NCBI RefSeq assembly: GCF_009914755.1
Contig: NC_060944.1
DNA length: 64,000 bases
Source of the DNA: the human T2T-CHM13v2.0 reference genome, Homo sapiens
Reading direction: 5' to 3' (one strand)
Within the stretch, counting starts at the first letter, position 1. Each line of letters starts with the position of its first letter. Below are positions 11,781 to 25,054 of the stretch, in pieces. The notes beneath the pieces are model-generated. The model made no database searches. It was given only the letters and a program-made list of their open reading frames with translations, and was not told where the DNA came from. A program made the position numbers and the translations under genes.

Positions 11781-12589
11781 GCTCAGAGGAGGGCCATTAT
11801 ATAAATCACTGCACACATGGGACCCCCAGTGAGGAACTTGGACACATACTGAGAGCCTAGAGTAGGCCCGGCACCAGGTACTCATCGCCCTGGAATTCTG
11901 TGGAGTAGGGGCGAGTGTCCTTCTGATTTTCTCATGAGGAAGCAGAGGCGTAAAGAGGTTTAAAAGCCTGTCCCAGGAGAAGCAGGGGCCAGCTGGGGGG
12001 CATAGAAAGGGAGCTGGGACCCAGCTTGAGGAGGTGGGGAGGCCTCCGGGGTAGTAGCATCATTCTTTCCAACCATAAAACATGCAGCCTGGGCTTCCTT
12101 CTTGAAGTTGTAGGTCCTGGAGCGTATTCACTTTGCATAGAGATCATTTGAAAAATGAAAATGAAAAGCAAATTGCATCCACGGTGTGCCTTCATGTACT
12201 CATCATTGTTTTAAAGCAGGGAGAAACAAGCTGTGGCCTCTTCATGTTCACTCACAGATGCTGCAGGTGGCTTAACTAGCAGAGTGGAGTGGCTCTTCAA
12301 GCCGCTAAACCAGCCACTACTTGCATTCAAGGAAGGTATTTCGATGGATTGAAAGCATTTTCTAAATCACTAAGGTTTGCTTTTCAAGTAGCAGAAAGCT
12401 TACCCCCGATTGCTTCAAACCATTAATACGCTGGGAAAAAATGTGTGTGAGCCACCGTAGCAGGCACGTTGTACTCTCCCCATTCCTCTGTCTGACAGCC
12501 GGTGTGAGTTAGTGCTCATCAAGTAACCCATATGGTTGCAGAATCCACCCATGGTCAGCACTGACCCTGAACCGGGAGCTGGACACATT

Positions 12590-12745
12590 GGTCTAGTCCG
12601 GGTGGGTTGCACAGCCCTGCGCTCAGAAGGGCCCTGCACTCCACTGAATTCTCTGCAGTTCTGACCTGAGATGCTCAGCACCTTTTCAACAAGGACCCAC
12701 ATTTTCATTCTGCTCTGGGATGGCAAGTTCTGTAGCAGGTCCTGC
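12590..12745. mobile_element. MER91-like (hAT-Tip100)
   Basis: CTCAGAAGGGCCCTG...AACAAGGACCCACATTTTCATT; same family as 16224-16400. Confidence 0.7.
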
Positions 12746-12979
12746 ATCCAGTCTGTCCTGCTGCCCCTCACTGGTGGGGTCACTTTGGGCACCATGTCCA
12801 GCTTGTCACACCTCAGATGAGAACCACACAGTGCTGGGTGTTGTGAGCACTTGTGGAAGTGACAGGAAGGGCTTGGTGTGGTCCTTAGTGCACAGCAAAC
12901 AGCTGGGAAGTGGTGAGGGCATGATGACACATGGTCCGCCTTGGAGTATGGCACTGAAGGGGGAGCTGGGCTGAGATGC

Positions 12980-13400
12980 TGTGTTAGTCTGGTTTTCACT
13001 GCTATAAAGGCGAACCTGAGGCGGGGTAATTTATAAAGAGAAGAGGTTTATTTGGCTCACAGTTCTGCAGGCCGTACAGGAAGCATGCCACTGACATTTG
13101 CTTCTGGTGAGGCCTCAGAAAGTTTACAATCATGGTGAAAGGAAAAGGGGAGCAGGTGTGTCCCATGTGAGAGGGAGAGCAGGAGAGAGAGAAGGAGGTG
13201 CCAGGCTCCCTGAAACAAACAGCTCTCACTCACGCGAACTAACAGTGAGAATTCATTCATTACCGTGGGGGAGGTCACCAAGCCATTCATGAGGGAGCTG
13301 CTTTCATGACCCAAACACCTCCCACCAGGCCCCACCGCCAACACTGGGGATCACATTTCAACATGAGATTTGGAAAGGACTCACAATCCAAACCATGTCA
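12980..13400 (-). mobile_element. MSTA/MSTB MaLR solo LTR
   Basis: TGTGTTAGTC...GGTAATTTATAAAGAGAAGAGG...CAAACCATGTCA; 5-bp TSD GATGC/GATGG. Confidence 0.92.
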
Positions 13401-13684
13401 GATGGGCTCTCCATGCCAGACTCCTCACCAGCCCAAACCAGGCCCCAGCTCAGCCAGGCTGATTCTCCCTCTGGCCCTGAAGGACTCTGATTGCTTTACC
13501 CACTCCCACCTCCAGAATGCCACTGCAGCCTCTACCCTCTGCCTGGGGATTTTTCAAGATCTCTACCACTCACCGGCAACATTTGCACAACAGACGATTT
13601 CCTTTGTTGTGCAAACGTGATCACAAGCTCCTTGGGGCTTAAAACTCCCTGGGACTTTAAGTTTTCCTCAAGAGAAATGACAAC

Positions 13685-13819
13685 TTTTTTTTTTTTTTTT
13701 TTTTTTGGTGATGAAGTCTCTCTCTGTCGCCCAGGCTGGAGTGCAGTGGGGTGATCTCTGCTCACTGCAACTTCCACCTCCTGGGTTCAAGTGGTTTCCT
13801 TGCCTCGGCCTCCTGTGTA
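13685..13819 (-). mobile_element. 5'-truncated Alu (part of right arm only)
   Basis: Poly-T plus ~110 bp of Alu; TSD AAGAGAAATGACA on both sides. Confidence 0.9.
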
Positions 13820-14215
13820 AGAGAAATGACATCATTTTAAACATGGTTTGTAAAGCCCAACCGAAGGTGCCTCCTCCTCCACACTCATGTCTCTCTCCCT
13901 AACTCTCTGTGTTCCAGACAGACTGGATTTCCTTTTGTTGCCTTCCTTGCCCAGGGCCTTCATGCATGTCTATCTTTGATGACTCTCACTTCATCTAAGG
14001 CTTCTTCGGAAACTGCTCTCTTTTCAGAAGCCTCGTTTCAGAAGCTGCATTTAGCCTCCGACACATGGCCACAACCCTCTGCATCTTTCTCTCCACCACT
14101 CCTCATATCTGTCTTCCCTACAGGGCTCCAGGAAGACAGAGCCATGGGGCTAAACCTGCCAGTGCTGCTTCCTCAGTGCTTGGCACATAATAGCTGCTCA
14201 ATAAACATTTATTTC
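13820..14215 (+). mobile_element. L2 3' region
   Basis: Ends CAGTGCTTGGCACATAATAGCTGCTCAATAAACATT. Confidence 0.7.
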
Positions 14216-14272
14216 ATCACTGAGAAATGATGGCTTGAGATCTCAGTAATGTAGGAGCTACCCACAATGTCA

Positions 14273-14563
14273 TTTTTTTTTTTGAGAGAGTCTTGCTCTG
14301 TTGCCCAGGCTGGAGTACAGTGGCATAATCATAACTGGCTGTAACCTCAACCTCCTAGATTCAAGTGATCCTCCCACCTCAGCCTCTCAAGTAGTTGGGT
14401 CTACAGCTGCATGCCAGTACCCTTGGTTGATTTTTAATTTTTTTGTAGAAACAGTGTCTCAGTATGTTGTCCAAGGTAGTGTTAAACTCCTGGCTTCTAG
14501 CAGTCCTCCTGCCTTGCTCTCCCACAGTTTTGGGACTACAAGCCTGAGACACTGTGCTTAGCC
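14273..14563 (-). mobile_element. AluJ
   Basis: Diverged antisense full-length Alu; degenerate TSD ACCCACAATGTC/ACTCACCATGTC. Confidence 0.92.
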
Positions 14564-14626
14564 AACTCACCATGTCTTTTAAACATTCAACTTTCAGTTA
14601 AAGGGAACACTCAAGACATGTTATGA

Positions 14627-15116
<490 letters not shown>

Positions 15117-15329
15117 TCATCGTGTTTTATTTAATGCTGGTGTCACGGAGTTACTTATGGCCAAATACCTCAAGACAAATTGTGCATTTTGGAATTTAAA
15201 ATACCTTTCCTTTCCAGTGTAAAACCAACACATCCTTATTCGAGTTCTGCAGCATTTGAATTTTTATGTATCCTGTAAAACTGAAAGCCCCTCCAATAAT
15301 CCCCGCAATCCTCCAGCAACATTTTCACC

Positions 15330-15745
15330 ATAGATCTATGCTAGCAGCAGGTTGTTAACGTATTTTACAAAATGAGATCAAACTATAACATTCTTGTACA
15401 GCTTGCTTTTTAAACTTATCAACGAATCATGGGTTCCTTCCTATGGGAGTACTTACCAACCTCATTCTTTTTAAGTTTTCTCTGTTACTCAGGACAATGA
15501 AATGACCATTGTTTACTTAACCAGTCCTCTGTTGATGGAGATATGGTTGTTTCCAATTTTTCATTATTATAAACCATGCTGCAAAGACCATTAAAAAAGT
15601 TTTCGCATAATTGAGTGAGGGATTCTGCAGGGTAAATTTCTTCCTGGAAATATAATTCATGGGCAAATGGCACAAACATTTTAAGTATTAATTGACATCG
15701 CCAAACTGCCATCCACACAAACTTGGGCAAAATGTACACTTTTAA
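15330..15745 (-). mobile_element. L1ME-type fragment
   Basis: TTTACTTAACCAGTCCTCTGTTGATGGAGATATGGTTGTTTCCAATTTTT...CAAACTGCCATCCA. Confidence 0.65.
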
Positions 15746-15759
15746 TGATCTGTGGAAAC

Positions 15760-16180
15760 TTCTACCAGGGAGGATGCTTTTCAGTGGAAGTGGCAGAAAA
15801 TCTAAATCAAACCAGTTTAAACAAACAAAATTGTATTGGATCACATAATGGGGAAGTTTGTTATAAGGGCATAAAGGATGCGATCAGAGCCTGGTTCTCT
15901 CTGGCTCCCTGCTTAGCTCTTCTGCGTGCTGTGTGTGTCTTCCTTCCAGGCAAGTTCTTTCCTCACGGTCACAGGAAGGCTGCCAGCAGAAGCTGGGCCA
16001 CAGGCTCCAAGGTCCACATGAGGAGAATACAGCTTCCCAGCATTCCTGGCGCAAGCCCTGGGAGTCACTCTGATTGGACGTCTTTGGGTCACATGCTCAC
16101 CATTGAACCAATCAATATGGCTGCGAATTGCAACGTAGGGGTTGGGTGAGCTCAGGGTCACATGATCTTGCATTTAGGGA
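15760..16180 (-). mobile_element. Old MLT1 (K/L-like) LTR
   Basis: GATGCTTTTCAGTGGAAGTGGCAGAAAATC...CTCTGATTGGAC...GGGTCACATGCTCACCATTGAACCAATCA. Confidence 0.65.
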
Positions 16181-16223
16181 TGGATGTCGCCTTTGTCCAC
16201 ACCTTGTGGAGGAGATGGGGAGA

Positions 16224-16400
16224 CTGGCCCGACTTCTTGAGTGTGTGGCCTGGGTGGCTGCATGGGGTCCCTGTTCTCAGAAGGGCCCTGTTCTTAGTTT
16301 AATTTTCTGCTGTCACCATCTTACAAATTCTTAATAGTTGTTGAACAAGGGGCCCCACATTTTCATTTTGCACCAGGACCCACAAATCGCACAGCCTAGT
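16224..16400. mobile_element. MER91A-like (hAT-Tip100)
   Basis: TTGAACAAGGGGCCCCACATTTTCATTTTGCACCAGGACCCACAAAT. Confidence 0.8.
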
Positions 16401-16751
16401 TGCTAGATGACAATGGGGCTGTTTCTAGAAAAAGGGGAAGATAGCTGAGCTGGGAAAATGTGAATGTCCTCTGCAATGGTCTGTGCTAACATGATTCAGA
16501 TGGAGTTTCTCCTTGAGTGGTTTTGTCACTTGCCCTCTCTAGTCCTTTTAGTTCTTTTCCCTCTACATTAAATGGCAGGGTTGGGTGAGGTGGCCTCCAA
16601 GGATGTTTCGGCTGTGCTCTTCTCTGATTTATGATGTCTGCCTCACTTATGCTATGAAAATCCCAACCTTGCACCAAGTTTATGGACATGGTGATATTCT
16701 TCAACATAAGTTGCCTCAATTGTATCGGTATTAAAAAGTGACCATGAATTA

Positions 16752-18256
<1,505 letters not shown>

Positions 18257-18593
18257 TAAAAGAAAAGAACCCAGCTTCAAGAATCAGGAAACTGCATTGA
18301 TGAGTCTCAACTTGATTCATCTCTTAACAACCACCAGTGTCATGGAGAATTTCCAATAAGAAAATCCCAAGGTTTTGGGAAATGCTCTTTGAAGATTTTT
18401 GTAAATTGGTAACAGCTTGGTGTCATGGATTAGACATATTTTCATAGTTTGCTTTCTTTTTTACAAGTAACCCAATTATTTTCGTCTAATTGAGGAACAC
18501 AGCAGACACTTAATGACATCTAAGTATTTCTGACGTGCTTCTTTCCTTTTCATCCTCATAAATGATCCGATCCATACATTTTGGAGAAAATTA

Positions 18594-18673
18594 TGAGGTT
18601 GGTGCAAAAGTAATTACGGTTTTGGCCATTATGTTCAATGACAACAACCACAATTACTTTTGCACCAACCTAA
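18594..18673. mobile_element. MADE1 (Hsmar1 MITE)
   Basis: 80-bp palindrome AGGTTGGTGCAAAAGTAATT...AATTACTTTTGCACCAACCTAA. Confidence 0.95.
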
Positions 18674-18689
18674 GTATATTATGGCTCAC

Positions 18690-19180
18690 ATTCCAAAAAA
18701 GTGATTAACATTTAATTTAGTTATCAATACATGAATACACTCTTTTGTAAAAAAAAAAAAAAAAAGGAAATGGAAGCATTCCAGATGAAGGCAAAGTCCC
18801 TTTTGATCAAACGTCTCCCCGCTCCTGTTCTCTGTGATCCCTTCTCAGGCCTCACCCCTTCTGAGGTGACCATCTCCATCAGTTCTTTGTCTCCTTCCGG
18901 AATGTTTCCATGTGTTTGTATTATAGATATAGCTAGCTAGCTAGATTCCCACAGAATATCTATCAAGTGGTTTTGTTTTGACCTAAAAGGCCTCATCGTT
19001 GGCCCTCTCTTTCCCCCCTTCAACATAGCTTTGTGAATTTTCCGGTAATTCCGTGCAGACCTGCAGGAGAGTTTGTGCTGTGGAAATATTGCTCATTTTA
19101 TACAGCCTCGATGGGTCTCTAGGTTGATTTATGGTTTTCACAAGAAGTGCTGTGATGAACAGCCTTGTGTGTGCCCGTGG
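18690..19180 (-). mobile_element. Very old L1ME fragment
   Basis: Degenerate antisense L1 3' motifs. Confidence 0.45.
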
Positions 19181-19254
19181 GGGCAAGGTACCACCCTCTG
19201 CCTCAGTGAGGGTGCTGAGGAGGGGTAGAGGCCAGAGGGCATCCCTGTGAGGCC

Positions 19255-19560
19255 GACTGTGACAGGGTTTATGGGGCTGTTCTCAGGGTCACACTGCCAG
19301 GGAAGTGGAGGCAGTGAGGTTGGGCGAAGGAAGGCCTCAGCTGCCCCCAGGGTTGGGGTTGTGTCGTGGAGCAGGGACGGCTGCCCGGAGCTGTTCTGAG
19401 CTGGGGCCACAGGGTAGGGTGCCTGCACCCCCACATGTGTCAGTCATTGGATGTGGGTTGCCCTGGGGAGGGGGCATGACCTTGACGATCTTGAGCAGTC
19501 CCGGGGATGGGCTGGTAGGGGTGTGTGATAGGAACCTGGCTATGGCTGTCGGTCATGAGC
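19255..19560 (-). mobile_element. LTR16-family ERVL LTR fragment
   Basis: CAGTCATTGGATGTGGGTTGCCCTGGGGAGGGGGCATGACCTTG. Confidence 0.65.
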
Positions 19561-21089
19561 ACCGGGCAGCCTGAGGCCCCAGAGGTCTGGTTCTGAGAGA
19601 GGAAGTGTGCATAGAGCAGGGCCCGTGAGGTCTGCACATGGAGTGAGCAATGCACAATTGTCTTTAATGGGCCCATGCACTTGAAGAGTGGGCGCTGTCA
19701 GGAGATGGATTGCTTGCTTTTAGAGTAAGAAGACAGTGCCAGATAATCCGAGGCAAGCTCTGTGGCATTTGGGATGCATACCTGCATTTTTGGAACCATT
19801 TCCAAAAACAACCTTTGTTTGTAGCTGCCTACAGTTGATCTCGTTCTGTGTGTGTATCACCCAGTCAAGGGTCACTTTATGACATTGTTTTTTCCATGCA
19901 AATGATTTTTAAGGTAATCCTAGGAAGCTGGACCCTTTTTGCGTGTCCTTGACTAGTGACTCAGAGCCCAGTGGAAACCTCCAAATGGAAATGGCCACCC
20001 ATTAACACACACTGCACCCTGCTGGGGGCAGCCACATCAGCTAGAAGAACTTGAATTAAATTGGGGTCTGATAACTTATTTTTATGCAATAAATTTTATT
20101 AAACATAAATGGAAATCATTAGCTGAAACACTTAATTAAAACTATGGCCAAATTAGATGAATGCTAAGGAACGTTCTCTGAATTTATTGCCCAGTGATCT
20201 ATAGACTTGCTCAGTAATAGACTCCCAGAAACCTCCTTAATGAAGCTATTAAGTGCATAAATATCATATGTGCCAAATGGCAAAATTTAGCAATGATCTA
20301 ACCCAATTTACTTGCTAAGTAAATAAGCCCTGTTGAGAGAAGCCACTAATTTATACTGATGACAGTTGTAGGACAAAAACCCCTTACCTGCCTGAAAACA
20401 GGCATTTTAAATAAGCAATTTATTGCATCTTGAGGCTGGGCAGCGAGGAGCTTTTCCACTCTTCTTGCTCCATTTCCTGAATTTTCCTTCTTGTGAATGT
20501 AGAACACACGCCATGGGCCACAGAGTCACTTTGGCTTTAATCTGCTTTGTGGAGTTTGAAATTCCTTCTCAGGGTCCCCTCTTCTCTGCTTGCAGATTTC
20601 GATGAGTTCTTGGCTGACTTCAAACCTGGAACTGCTGTGGTTTTGGAGATCCGGGTGGGCTGCAGCTGAGGCCTTGGACCCAGCCTCCCCACCCACTCCT
20701 ACCCTTAGGATCTGGCTCATTTGAATGGTCAAAGCTTCATTGCTAAAAGCTGGGCTTCAGACTCTTCATTTAACAGCTGGGCTGGGTAGGTTGGAAGGCA
20801 AAGGCCCAGATCGTGGCCGCAGGTGGGCGTTGCAGAAATGGGCTGTCCTTTCCCTTGCTGACCTGTGTTGACCCCATCTCTTGATCTCAGCCTCGCTCCG
20901 GCAGCATCAGCAGCAGCACAGTGGCCTTTCCCTCCACCTGGAGTGCCCGTCCCCAAATAACCACACACTGCTCCCTCCCCAGCTGATGCCAGAGTGCAGC
21001 CTGCTCACCTCCTCTCATCATGGCGTCCAGCAGGGCCCCCTCTCCTGTCATCTCCCCTCCCTGGCTGGTGCTTGCTTCACAACTCTTGA

Positions 21090-21290
21090 CACCACGTGAT
21101 GTATTTTTATGTTTTTTTTATTAATTGTCCATCTCCCCTCCTTGAATGTAATGCCAGTGGAGCCAGGGGATGGTGTGGGTAGTTGTTTTGTTCATTTGAA
21201 TTCCTAGTGCTTCATACAGTGCCTGTTTCCTGGTAGAGGCTCTCTAAATATTTTTTGAATAAATAAGTGAATGAACGAGTGGATGATATG
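21090..21290 (+). mobile_element. L2 3' end
   Basis: TTGTTCATT...CCTAGTGC...ACAGTGCCTG...TAAATATTTTTTGAATAAAT..GTGAATGAA. Confidence 0.8.
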
Positions 21291-21378
21291 CAGCAGACAC
21301 TTGGAGTCCCCGCTGTGCACCAGGCACTGTGCTAGGACAAGAACCACACTTGTCCTTAAAATGGTTGCCATCTATTGG

Positions 21379-22362
21379 GGCTGGAAATGAAGTCAGGGGA
21401 AGTTGCACGAAGCAGGTTGATTCTCTGGTGGGGCCGTGCGTGGTGAGGAAGCAGCACAGGGAAGTGTGCCTAACCGGGTGGCAGATGGGGAGGGCTCCTG
21501 AGAGAAGTGAGTGCAAGCTGAGCTCATACCCTGGTAGTCTGTGCCTGTGTGTAGCGGGTGATAGCTGTGGGGGAGGCTCAGTCTCTCTGGAGCATCTGCA
21601 CAGTGAGGACAGACCGCCAAGGAACTCCAGGAACAGGCATGGGGCAGAGGAAGAGAAGCCCTCAGACCCAGTGCAAGGAGAGAGAGTGAGCCAAGGGCAC
21701 AGTCAACTACGTGACCTGGTGCTCAGCAGGCAAGAAGGAGCAGGAGAAGCATGGCTACTCACTGGAACAAGGAGGCTGTGCTGGGGGCCAGGTAGCCCAG
21801 GCCAGACCGCAGTGCAGAGAAGAAAGTATTAAAGGCAGAAGCAGACACAGTGAAGGTGGGGGCTCTCCAGGGTTGGCTGGCAAATTTTTCACATGGTCTA
21901 ATCCCCACTTGACCCAGTTGAGACCCAGACTGCTCAACTAGACACAGGTCGGCCTGACTTCGAAGTGTGAGTTATGTCACTCTGATAGTGGGTCCTAAAG
22001 TGCAGATGTGTTTGGGTGATGCTTTTCAGTAGCCTATGGACATGGCACCAAGTGACAATGACTTCCGTGCCTAAGGAGTGTTCTGAATGCAGAACAGGGA
22101 GCACCTCCTCCGGGTTGGGAGAGATGCCTCTGCCCCCACCTGCCCAGTATCGGCCTCTGTGCATAGCAGTACTGGGCTTTCCTGGAACCCATGTTTCATG
22201 ACAAATGAGGCTGGAGATGAAGTCAGCAGGAAGTTGCATGAAACCGGTTGATTCTCTGGTGGAGCTGTGCATGGCAAGGAAGCATCAGCACAGGGAAGTG
22301 TGCCTGACCGGATGGCAGATGGGGAAGGATGCTGAGAGAAATTAATGCAAGCTGAGACCATA
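21379..22362. repeat. ~150-bp diverged direct repeat (21379-21528 and 22209-22362)
   Basis: Both copies read GGCTGGA.ATGAAGTCAG..GGAAGTTGCA.GAA.C.GGTTGATTCTCTGGTGG...CAGCACAGGGAAGTGTGCCT...TGCAAGCTGAG. Confidence 0.95.
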
Positions 22363-22389
22363 TGTGCACTGATAGGCTCCTCACCACTC

Positions 22390-23262
22390 TACTGGGTCGA
22401 ACAGTGTCCCCCCTATAATCCATGTCCACTCAGAACCTCAGAATGTGACCTTATTTGGAAATAGAGTCTTTGCAGATATAACTGGTTAAGATGAGGTTGT
22501 ACTAGATTAGGGTGGATCTTAATTGGCCAATGTCCTTATAAGAAGAGGAAAATTTGGATGCAGAGATGGACTGAGAAGAAGGCCATGTGAAGAAGGCCAT
22601 GAGAAGAAGGACTGGAGAGGAATAGCTGCCAGTCATTGATATAAAAATGGAGTCGCTACATCAACCATAGTAAAATGGGGTGCAGCACCCCCACCACATG
22701 CCTGACTTATCACAAGACATCCCTGCTTGTATGCCTATGACAGGAACTATGCAAGGAACTCCTCAAAAACACAGGATTCCAGGTAAGCCACTTATGGATG
22801 CACATAACTTGTCCAACACTGGCTGCTTCCACCAATGAGCTAACACCAACTCCCGGAATAAGCCCCTGTGATCAATGGTCTTCATTTCAAAACAACTTAA
22901 GGTGGACTTCTCCCTTTTGTCTTTAAAAGCTTCTCCTAGTCCCAACCTCTTTGGATGTGCTTATGGCTCACCAGAGAATGCATATCCTGGATTGCAATCC
23001 TCTGCTATTCCCGAATCAACTCTTTGGAAAGTCTCTCTCTGTGTTGTTATTTTACAAGGCCAAGTAATACCAGGGATTTCCAGCAACCACCAGAAGCTGG
23101 AAGAGGCAAGGAAGGACCCTCCCTAGAGTCTCCAGACAGAAGATGCCTCATAGACACCTCGATTTCAGATTTCTGGCCTTCGGAAGTGAGAGAGAATAAA
23201 TTCCAGTTGATTTAAGCCACCTGGTTTGTGTGCTTTGTTGGCAGCCCATGAAAGTCATATCA
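22390..23262 (+). mobile_element. MLT1B/C MaLR LTR split by an ERV1 LTR
   Basis: GAACCTCAGAATGTGACCTTATTTGGAAATAG ... CCACCAGAAGCTGGAAGAGGCAAGGAAGG...AATAAATTCC. Confidence 0.88.
22633..23056 (+). mobile_element. ERV1-type solo LTR nested in MLT1 (subfamily uncertain)
   Basis: AAAATGGAGTC start motif, CCAAT, TTTAAAAGC, GGATTGCAAT..CTGCTATTCCCGAAT end motifs; interrupts the MLT1. Confidence 0.6.
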
Positions 23263-24503
23263 TGACTTTTGCAAACTGACCAATTAATAATTAAGAAAAA
23301 TGGCCTGAGATGGTAAACTGATGAGCATTTTGAAATTCACAAAAATTTGTTCTCACGTTTGTTATCCTGGGTGAATCTTCTGAAGCTGTATGTTAAACAC
23401 ACAAGATTCCTATGTAAACCATGATGTCTTCACAATATTGAGCATATTTTATCTTTTAAAAAAGTAAATTACCCATTCTTGCACAAAAAAGTAGATTTTT
23501 GTTGATCTATATTTTTATTTAGAATAAATTTGATGAAATCAGGTGGTGGGACAGCTGGCCCAGCTTGGAATAATGATCCCTCTGGATATATCCTTGTCTT
23601 GTTCTCATTTACAACTTTTGAGGCATAAAAGCATATTTTCAAAAAACCAACGCTTCTATATGAAAGCAGATTTATCATTCAGATCCATCATTAATTTCCC
23701 AATGACGTTCTGCCTGCCCATAAAAAAGACTTAGAGCTCGTTATGAAAATTTTATTCCAGAGAAAATGGTCTTGGGACATGGTTTGCACTGACCTCTTTT
23801 AACCTCTTGTTCCCTGTGTTATTATTATTAAGTAATAATGTTGCTTCCTGCCATTGCCTGCCAACATAACTCTTCCCTCTTTGTACTTCAGGAATCTGGG
23901 GACGGTTTTGGTTGCAGAGGGCAGATCAGCACTTTGCCATCGCCCTGTGCTCCTGGCCAGTCCCCATGCCGCTGCTGGGATGACAGTCTTACATCATCTT
24001 TTATGAGTACATCAACTTATTTGCAATTACGTTTAGATTGTCTAATAAAACCGGGTGACATTTTAGCTTACAGTTTATGTCCCAGTAAAAGGCTCCAAAT
24101 GTTATTGCCATAAGAATCTATGTGGCAACCCAACATAAACCTTTTATTTCTAGCTGGACAGCTGACTCTGCGTTTAGCAACAGGAAAGCAGGGAATTGGA
24201 GGAGCGGGTTTCGGGGGGCGGTCGTGACAGCAGCCACCTCCTGCGGGTTTTGTTTTCTCTGTCAGGTTCCCCTTCTAGCACTCAAAAGCATCCAGCACTT
24301 TCTGAAAAGGAGGCCTGGGAAATGGTTGGACATGTCTCTGTTGTGGGCTCTGGGTGTGAGCCACAGAAGTGAGAGCTGAAGAAACCTCAGAGACCATCAG
24401 GCTTCCTCGTGGGATAGTTTTGGGTCCTTAGGAAATTAGGCCTTGGCACTCAGCTTAGATGACTTCCATTACAGTCCTATAGGTGTGAAATAAACATCTG
24501 GCT

Positions 24504-24711
24504 CAGAGGTTCTCCACTGAGGGCCACCATGGGTCAGTGTCTGGAGACATTTTTGGTTGTCACACCTGGGGGCAGTGCTGAGACTACTGTGTGCGCATTC
24601 ATCTAGCGGGTGCAGGTGGGATGCTGCTGACACGTAACATGCACAGGGCAGCTCCGCCACAGAGAAAGATCCAACCCCGAATCTCGGCATGACGGAGGCT
24701 GAGAAATCCTG
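24504..24711. mobile_element. MER20 (hAT-Charlie)
   Basis: CAGAGGTTCTC...GTCTGGAGACATTTTTGGTTGTCACA...GAGGCTGAGAAATCCTG; partial 8-bp TSD ATCTGGCT/ATCTAAGT. Confidence 0.9.
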
Positions 24712-24860
24712 ATCTAAGTGATAGCTTACTAAGCAAGGCCTTGGCGTTCAGAAGCGGTTGCCTGATTTCCTTCTTTCCTTTTTGAGTCATGGTTTTGTTG
24801 AGTTCTTGAAAGTGATAGACCTGCTGTAAATAAAATCACTGGATAAAGTTGGCGAGGGGT

Positions 24861-25054
24861 GGCCTGCCAGCCTCCAACCCCTGCCTGATGTGGGGTGCGT
24901 GGCCGGCCAGCCTCCAACCCCTGCCTGATGTGGGGTGCGTGGCCAGCCAGCCTCCAACCCCTGCCTGATGTGGGGGGCGTGGCCGGGCAGTCTCCAACCC
25001 CTGACTAATGGGGGGGGCGTGGCCGGCCAGCCTCCAACCCCTGCCTGACGGGGG
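24861..25054. repeat. 40-bp GC-rich minisatellite, ~4.9 copies
   Basis: Unit GGCCGGCCAGCCTCCAACCCCTGCCTGATGTGGGGTGCGT starting at 24861, 24901, 24941, 24981, 25021. Confidence 0.98.

Noticed and set aside
12415-12999. Longest ORF in the track (194 aa, minus strand)
   Set aside because: It starts in an MST LTR, crosses a MER91 remnant and has no recognisable domain; a chance ORF
21379-22362. Small LTR retroelement (TRIM-like) bounded by direct repeats
   Set aside because: No TG...CA ends, PBS/PPT or TSD visible
24861-25054. CRISPR-like periodic array
   Set aside because: Contiguous units with no unique spacers in eukaryotic DNA; a minisatellite (the same applies to 56799-57118)
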